DNA from: a bacterium
GTDB lineage: Bacteria > Electryoneota > AABM5-125-24 > Hatepunaeales > Hatepunaeaceae
Direction: 5' to 3'
NCBI GenBank assembly: GCA_021734165.1
Contig: JAIPJL010000001.1
Location: forward strand, 8,792-72,791
Length of the DNA: 64,000 bases
Positions 58,460-64,000 of the stretch are shown here, one piece after another. The stretch's first letter is position 1. Every line of letters starts with the position of its first letter. The notes under the pieces were generated by a model. The model was not told where the DNA came from. It was given only the letters and a program-made list of their open reading frames with translations, and searched no databases. The translations under genes were made by a program, and so were the position numbers.

Positions 58460-60241
58460 TTATTCGGCTTTTGCCTGTGATAGTTTCGGCGGTGGCGTGA
58501 TCCTTTGCTGAACTAACGTTAATACGTTAAACAATGTGTAATATAGCGTCAAACCGGATGGAAACTGATTAAATATCAATGTCATAAATACTGGCATTAT
58601 GTAAAGCATCATTTTCTGATTAGGATCAGTCATTGTGCTCTTTGACTGAAAAAATGTCGATATTCCCATCAATATTGGCAGCAAAGCAACATGCGCTCCA
58701 TACATAGGAACCGTAAATGGCAGGTGGAAAATTATATCCGGCTTGGAGAGATCGGTAATCCAGAATACAAATGGCGCATTACGAAACTGTATTGTAGCTC
58801 TGAAGATAATGAATAATGAATACAGCAGTGGCATCTGTATAAGCATTGGCAGACACCCTCCCATAGGATTTACTTTCTCTTCCTTATAAAGTTTCATAGT
58901 TTCTTTCTGCATCCGTTGTGGATCAGACTTATACTTCTCTCGTAGCTCTTTCATTTTCGGCTGCAATTGTTGCATTGCAGCCATTGACCGGTAACTTTTC
59001 CGTGTAAGGGGCCATACGACTATCTTTATCAGGATAGAGAATAATATTATACAAATACCATAGTTTGGAATGAAAACATGCATCTTTTTCAATGACCATA
59101 GTACTGCTTTGGAGAATGGCGCTATAATCGCCCAGCCCCAATTCATAGTTAATTTTAATGTAGGCTCAACTTCGTTAAGTATGTCATAGTCTATTGGCCC
59201 AACATAAACTTTTATTTTGGATAAAGGAACTCCTGTATTATCAAGCGGTAATCTCAAACCTACACCGAGGTTGTTGGGTCTAATTTTATCAGCAGTAGAA
59301 TCGAAGATACTTTCCATCCAGCAGCCAATAGCAGGAGCTCCTTCAGGAATTAAGGCTGCCATAAAGTATTTAGTTCTCACCGATCCCCACAAAGTCTGAC
59401 CACTGAGTGGACCTATAATCTCATCTTTCTTCTTGTTAATTTCAAGATCTTCGAGTTCATTGCCACTGAAATAAGTATGAGCTTCGGAATAATAGTCTTC
59501 ACCGCCGGCTCCCATAGATTTGGATGGCGCTTTATCTTCAGGTTTTGATTCGGTATATCTTAATCCACCTCTCCAATAAACTTCACCATAATCTCTTCCC
59601 CACAAACCTTCAAGACCACTGCCTTCAATGGAAGCTTCGAATGTGTAAGTATCACCGTTAAATCGATAAACCACTGAAATACTTCTGTCATTACCAAGCG
59701 CTGATGTGAAAACCAGATTTTTTTGCTGTCCAGGTTTTAAGAATAATAGGTGTTCTGCGGTTTTGAATTCATTTTCTATAGTAAATGATAATTGATCGGT
59801 TTCTACAGGACCTTCAACTGACCAGAAGCGAAAGCCCGGACGTGGTTTGCCATCAGCTTTGAGGAGTTCGAGTTCTGTTTCTTTTAAATAACGACCATTA
59901 CTCTTTAATTTACAAGATATTAGCTTAGCGCCTTTATTGGTGAAGCGCATCTTATATAGATTTGTCTCAACGTTTACATATTCTTCCGGAATTGTATCAA
60001 TCGCTATTATGGGAGTTAACTCATTACCTAATTCTGCATCGTTTAAAGATTCGTTCTCCGCAACAAGGTAAGTATCTTTTCTCTCTTTGACCGGTCTGCG
60101 TGTGTAAATCTGTTCTGTTGTATCAATTGAAGTTGAGTCCTGAAGGTTTTCCTGGGGAGGATTCAACCAAAGCAGGTAATCATCATAAAATATGAAGATT
60201 ACTGCTATAACAATTAGCGCTATTACGGTTCTTTTATCCAT
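58460..60241 (-). CDS. yidC: Membrane protein insertase YidC (long form with a periplasmic domain)
   Basis: N-terminal TM segment, a large periplasmic domain and the C-terminal 60 kDa IMP core (PLYSLF..., ...[13 protein letters not shown]). Confidence 0.9.
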   Translation of the reverse strand: MDKRTVIALIVIAVIFIFYDDYLLWLNPPQENLQDSTSIDTTEQIYTRRPVKERKDTYLVAENESLNDAELGNELTPIIAIDTIPEEYVNVETNLYKMRFTNKGAKLISCKLKSNGRYLKETELELLKADGKPRPGFRFWSVEGPVETDQLSFTIENEFKTAEHLLFLKPGQQKNLVFTSALGNDRSISVVYRFNGDTYTFEASIEGSGLEGLWGRDYGEVYWRGGLRYTESKPEDKAPSKSMGAGGEDYYSEAHTYFSGNELEDLEINKKKDEIIGPLSGQTLWGSVRTKYFMAALIPEGAPAIGCWMESIFDSTADKIRPNNLGVGLRLPLDNTGVPLSKIKVYVGPIDYDILNEVEPTLKLTMNWGWAIIAPFSKAVLWSLKKMHVFIPNYGICIILFSILIKIVVWPLTRKSYRSMAAMQQLQPKMKELREKYKSDPQRMQKETMKLYKEEKVNPMGGCLPMLIQMPLLYSLFIIFRATIQFRNAPFVFWITDLSKPDIIFHLPFTVPMYGAHVALLPILMGISTFFQSKSTMTDPNQKMMLYIMPVFMTLIFNQFPSGLTLYYTLFNVLTLVQQRITPPPKLSQAKAE

Positions 60242-60494
60242 TTATTATTTGAGTGTTATGTTCACATTTATCCGGTACAGGATCTATTCCACCGTTGGTC
60301 CATGGACCACACCTTATTATTCTTCTAACTGACAAGTAGATACCCTTAAGCAATCCATATCGATCAAGCGCCTCAATTGAGTACTGTGAGCAGGTTGGAT
60401 AAAATCTGCAGCGCGCGGTAAATAGCGGACTTATAAAACGCTGATAGCCATTAATGAGAAGAATTAGCAGTTTTGTTGTGTAACTATTCAGCAT
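60234..60494 (-). CDS. yidD: Membrane protein insertion efficiency factor YidD
   Basis: YQRFISP...[19 protein letters not shown]. The likely start is the internal Met (MLNSYTT). Confidence 0.85.
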   Translation of the reverse strand: MLNSYTTKLLILLINGYQRFISPLFTARCRFYPTCSQYSIEALDRYGLLKGIYLSVRRIIRCGPWTNGGIDPVPDKCEHNTQIING

Positions 60495-60854
60495 TTTCGG
60501 TACTACCAGTTCTTTTAATAACGTCATTCACTAACTGAATCACTTCTTTTTTAAGTGATTTTTCATCTATGCAGCTTTTAACCAAATACATAAGCGCACC
60601 TCGTTGGGGAAAAAGTTCCTTGTTCAAGCGAAATTCCTCGCGGATAATACGCTTGATCCGATTTCGCTGGACTGCTTTTCCTGCGCTTCGCGGTGTATTA
60701 ATGCCGATTCTAAAGGGTTTACCATCAGGTAAAAAAAAACTTTGAGGTATTTGCCGTTAATTCTCAAGCCGTGTCTGTACAGGTCATTGAAAATTTTTCG
60801 ACCCTTCAAGCGGCAGCTTTTCGGTAAGCTGTTATCCGTGACGCTGCATCTCAT
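60484..60854 (-). CDS. rnpA: RNase P protein component RnpA, disrupted by a +1 frameshift in an A9 (T9 on the coding strand) homopolymer at 60731-60739. This may be a sequencing indel or an authentic pseudogene.
   Basis: The N-terminal frame reads [22 protein letters not shown]...KYLKVFF. The downstream frame reads [33 protein letters not shown]..., the canonical RnpA RNR motif. Inserting one T restores a 123 aa RnpA. Confidence 0.7.
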
Positions 60855-60990
60855 CAGATACTGTCAGACGTTTTCTGCCTTTCGCGCGTCTGCGAGAGAG
60901 CAATTTTCTTCCATTACGAGTACTCATTTTTTCTCTGAAACCGTGTTTATTACGTCTTTTACGGTTTGATGGTTGAAATGTTCGTTTCAT
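60832..60990 (-). CDS. rpmH: 50S ribosomal protein L34
   Basis: The reverse strand translates to [52 protein letters not shown], the canonical L34 sequence with an 8 aa C-terminal tail. It is not in the ORF track because it is under 60 aa. The start of rnpA overlaps its 3' end. Confidence 0.8.
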   Translation of the reverse strand: MKRTFQPSNRKRRNKHGFREKMSTRNGRKLLSRRRAKGRKRLTVSDEMQRHG

Positions 60991-61104
60991 GTGTTACTTT
61001 CTATTTTATTTTTTATCTACTTTTGTTTCATTAGGATAACATTCCTGTTTGTCAATGAACTTCACTTTCACGGTGAATTATAATCACAAGCAGGAATACT
61101 TGTT

Positions 61105-62589
61105 CTACTGCTTTTTGTTAGTTTCTATCCATTTTACAGCGTTTTCAAGTCGCCTGATTACCGTTTCTTTTCTCAGCACTTCCAGCATTTCAAATAATCC
61201 CGGACCTCCGGTTAGACCGGAACATGCCAGTCTTAAGGGATGTATCAACTTGCCTGCCGATACTTCCCATTCATCAGAGCGAGTCCTGATTACATTTTCA
61301 ATGGACTCAATATCGAAATTCTCAAGCAGGTTAAAATCATCTATCAAGACATTTAGTCTTTTAATTACATCATCATCATTAAAAAAGTGTTTTCTGGTGC
61401 CTTTCACATCATAGCTAACCGGATCTTTAAACATATAATTGCCATCGTTAAACAGGTCTTTTAGAAAATAAATCCTATTATGGAGTAAATTCCAGGCGTC
61501 TTCTATCTTTATACTATCAGGAATATAATCAATAATTCCGTTTTCAAAAGCCGATTCGGCATAAAGTTTGAGTTGTTCTGCATGATCGGCATAAGAAGCG
61601 TTACCGATGTATTGACCATTCAGCCAACGCAGTTTCTTTTCATCAAATACAGCGCCCTTAGATTGAATTCCTGATATATTAAATAAATCTATTAATTCCT
61701 GACGACAGATAAAATCGCGATCATCGCCGGGTGACCAGCCAAGCAACCCTATATAATTAATCATCGTTTCGACAAGATAACCTTCTTCATTGTATGATGT
61801 AATCGAAACAGCGCCGTGACGCTTAGACAGCCGTTTTTTATCAGGACCAAGTATTAATGGTAAGTGCGCAAATTCAGGATGCTTAAAACCAAGCGCTTTA
61901 TAAAGCAGTATCTGCTTTGGTGTATTAGAAATATGATCATCGCCGCGGATAATGTGAGAAATTTTCATGTCAGCGTCGTCAACCACTACTGCAAGCATGT
62001 AAGTTGGCGTACCGTTGCGTCTCAGCAGCACGAGGTCATCGATCTCCTGACAAGACACTTTAATTTCACCGTGTACGCCATCCGTGAAAGCGACTTCACC
62101 GTCCGGTATCTTGAGTCTTATTGCAAAGCTCTCATTGTTTGATAGTTTTGCTTCAATTTCTTCTGGTGAAAGCTTCAGACAATGTCGATCATACATGTAC
62201 ATTTTATTATCAACAGGCGCAGCTTCCCGGCGTTTAGCGATCTCCTCTGGAGTACAGAAACAACGATAAGCGCTGCCGTTCTCAAGGAGTTTGTTCGCAG
62301 CAGCAATATGATTATTTATTCTTTTACTCTGGAAAACAGGCTCTTCGTCAGGACTTATTCCAAGCCATTCGAGCCCATTTAAAATGACCTTGATTGCCTC
62401 TGGCGTCGAACGTTTTTCATCTGTATCTTCAATTCTAAGCAGGTAGTTACCACCGTAATGCTTAGCAAAAAAGTAATTAAACAGAGCGGTTCTGACGCCT
62501 CCCACATGAAGATCTCCGGTTGGGCTGGGAGCGAATCTAACCCTGACCTCACCCTGGCTTTTAAGCTTATTTGTTTTCAATTCTGCCAT
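61105..62589 (-). CDS. gltX: Glutamate--tRNA ligase
   Basis: Class I HIGH motif (PSPTGDLHVGG) and KMSKS motif (KLSKRHG). Confidence 0.95.
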   Translation of the reverse strand: MAELKTNKLKSQGEVRVRFAPSPTGDLHVGGVRTALFNYFFAKHYGGNYLLRIEDTDEKRSTPEAIKVILNGLEWLGISPDEEPVFQSKRINNHIAAANKLLENGSAYRCFCTPEEIAKRREAAPVDNKMYMYDRHCLKLSPEEIEAKLSNNESFAIRLKIPDGEVAFTDGVHGEIKVSCQEIDDLVLLRRNGTPTYMLAVVVDDADMKISHIIRGDDHISNTPKQILLYKALGFKHPEFAHLPLILGPDKKRLSKRHGAVSITSYNEEGYLVETMINYIGLLGWSPGDDRDFICRQELIDLFNISGIQSKGAVFDEKKLRWLNGQYIGNASYADHAEQLKLYAESAFENGIIDYIPDSIKIEDAWNLLHNRIYFLKDLFNDGNYMFKDPVSYDVKGTRKHFFNDDDVIKRLNVLIDDFNLLENFDIESIENVIRTRSDEWEVSAGKLIHPLRLACSGLTGGPGLFEMLEVLRKETVIRRLENAVKWIETNKKQ

Positions 62590-62757
62590 AACCCATTAAA
62601 TATATCACAATCACTCGTTGATGTCAAGAAATGAAGAGGAGTTAAGGATGGTTAAGTCATTCAGGTCAGATTTTTATAGATTACTATCAGGTTACATAAC
62701 TACTTTGTCATCCCAAGATCGGATGAAACAGCCCGAGAAGGCCTGCTCGATAATTTG

Positions 62758-63516
62758 CTAAATCATCAAATCACCACCATTAATGTCAATTGAAGCGCCT
62801 GTAATATAAGCTGCTTCAGAGACCAGAAAACAAACAAGTTGTGCGACTTCTTCAGGCGTTCCAAGACGAGGAATAGGAAAACTATTTAAATAAGCCTGAG
62901 TTTGCTCAGGAGAGCAGTGTTGATGAACCATTTCTGTGTCTATCAATCCCGGACATATAGCATTGACCGTTATACCAAACGGTGCGACTTCCTTGGCAAC
63001 AGCCCTGGTGAAACCGAGTACTCCCGCTTTGGATGTTGTATAATGAGCGCCGCCCAGTGTGCTGACACTTCTTCCGGCAGAGGATGAAATGTTGACAATT
63101 CTGCCGAATTGTTGAGCATTCATAATGCCCAGCACAGCCTTAGTGCAGAGAAATACACCGTTAAGGTTTACATCAAGGACAAGCTTCCATTCATCGTAGT
63201 CGATGTTTTCAATCCGGCTTGTTCTTACAATACCCGCGTTGTTGACAAGTATATCTACATTCCCAAATCGCTCCATGACAATTTTAATCATGTTATTAAC
63301 GTCTTCAGATTTGGAAACATCCGCTGTAATTGCAACTCCTTTTATTCTCTCAGCAACAGAGATTGCTTTATTTTCATCGGTATCAACAACAGCAACCTGT
63401 GCACCCTTGGCAGAGAGCATTTCAGCAATGGCTCTCCCCATTCCCTGTGCTGCGCCGGTTACAATTGCGACTTTATTATTCAAATCCACTGATGGCATGA
63501 TCATTCCTGTTTTCAA
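62758..63516 (-). CDS. SDR-family oxidoreductase (3-oxoacyl-ACP reductase FabG-like)
   Basis: Cofactor motif TGAAQGMGRAIA, NNAG, and the catalytic S...YTTSK triad. Confidence 0.85.
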   Translation of the reverse strand: MKTGMIMPSVDLNNKVAIVTGAAQGMGRAIAEMLSAKGAQVAVVDTDENKAISVAERIKGVAITADVSKSEDVNNMIKIVMERFGNVDILVNNAGIVRTSRIENIDYDEWKLVLDVNLNGVFLCTKAVLGIMNAQQFGRIVNISSSAGRSVSTLGGAHYTTSKAGVLGFTRAVAKEVAPFGITVNAICPGLIDTEMVHQHCSPEQTQAYLNSFPIPRLGTPEEVAQLVCFLVSEAAYITGASIDINGGDLMI

Positions 63517-63768
63517 TTTTATTTATGTAATTAAAAATAAGAATTATCTAATTAAAAAGTATGAGAAACTATCGTATTATTTACTACAAAGTGAGATTTT
63601 CTTGATACATTATGAGTGAAAACAAATTCGATATTCAGCTTAACGCAAATCCGTTAAATTATACTTGCTTACACATAACTTACGCATTAGCTTCCTGTCA
63701 TTGTTGAATCTTTGGTGTAAATAGCTAAATAAAAATGTTCATTACATACAACAAACGGAGGTTGTTAA

Positions 63769-64000
63769 CATGAGAACCTACATAGTGCTACTTTCCTTTA
63801 CTGAAGAGGGTGTGAGGCAGGTTGGAAAAAGTGTCAAACGTCATACGGCATTTAAAAAACTTGCTGAGGAGAATGGGATCATCATTAAGGAGACATTCTG
63901 GCTAAACGGTCCTTATGATGTTTTACATGTAATTGAGACTGAAACAGAGAAAGCAGCGATGGTGCATTCACTTAGTCTCGCTTCTACCGGCAATGTAAGG
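63769..64000 (+). CDS. GYD-domain protein (5' portion; the gene runs off the window end)
   Basis: ATG with GGAGG RBS. MRTYIVLLSFTEEGVRQ...GPYDVLHVIE is typical of the GYD family. Confidence 0.55.

Overview
This 64 kb window is the replication-origin neighbourhood of a roughly 40% GC Gram-negative bacterium. T9SS C-terminal sorting domains and LPS/Kdo genes point to the FCB group or a related candidate phylum. The housekeeping backbone is easy to recognise: dnaA-dnaN-DUF721-gyrB-mazG, gyrA-rex, rsmG-mnmG-mnmE-yidC-yidD-rnpA-rpmH, gltX, pyrF/pyrE-like, ackA, kdsD, waaA and a GT9 heptosyltransferase. Accessory-looking content is interleaved with it, as follows. (1) Two different AAA_21 ATPase plus small nuclease-like gene pairs bracket dnaA/dnaN/gyrB. 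One sits inside the gyrB-mazG operon, where recF is absent. The other has a TOPRIM-like partner and lies next to a PHP phosphoesterase just upstream of dnaA. Both are candidate antiphage or abortive-infection modules, and the first type does not correspond to a characterised system. (2) A radical-SAM/SPASM, flippase-like, GT2 and NodB-deacetylase four-gene cluster is present, with a second GT2 paralogue elsewhere. (3) Three large T9SS cargo proteins form a cluster, and one contains about 10 tandem ~50 aa repeats of an uncharacterised type. (4) A Schlafen/AlbA_2-HATPase wHTH protein lies beside a decayed paralogue fragment, 18 bp perfect inverted repeats and an 11 bp x4 tandem repeat. (5) A previously undescribed-looking intergenic repeat family has three copies, each with three direct TTCCGTCAC sites, a 27-28 bp spacer and an inverted GTGACGA-N-GTGACG pair. 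(6) rnpA is frameshifted at an A9/T9 homopolymer. (7) Two ECF-type ABC ATPases are split by an FN3-WD40 lipoprotein gene. (8) A 22 bp perfect CACGTG-centred palindrome lies upstream of a cNMP-binding protein gene. No rRNA, tRNA, CRISPR array, transposase or integrase was recognised. All protein calls rest on motifs read directly from the supplied translations; no database search was run.
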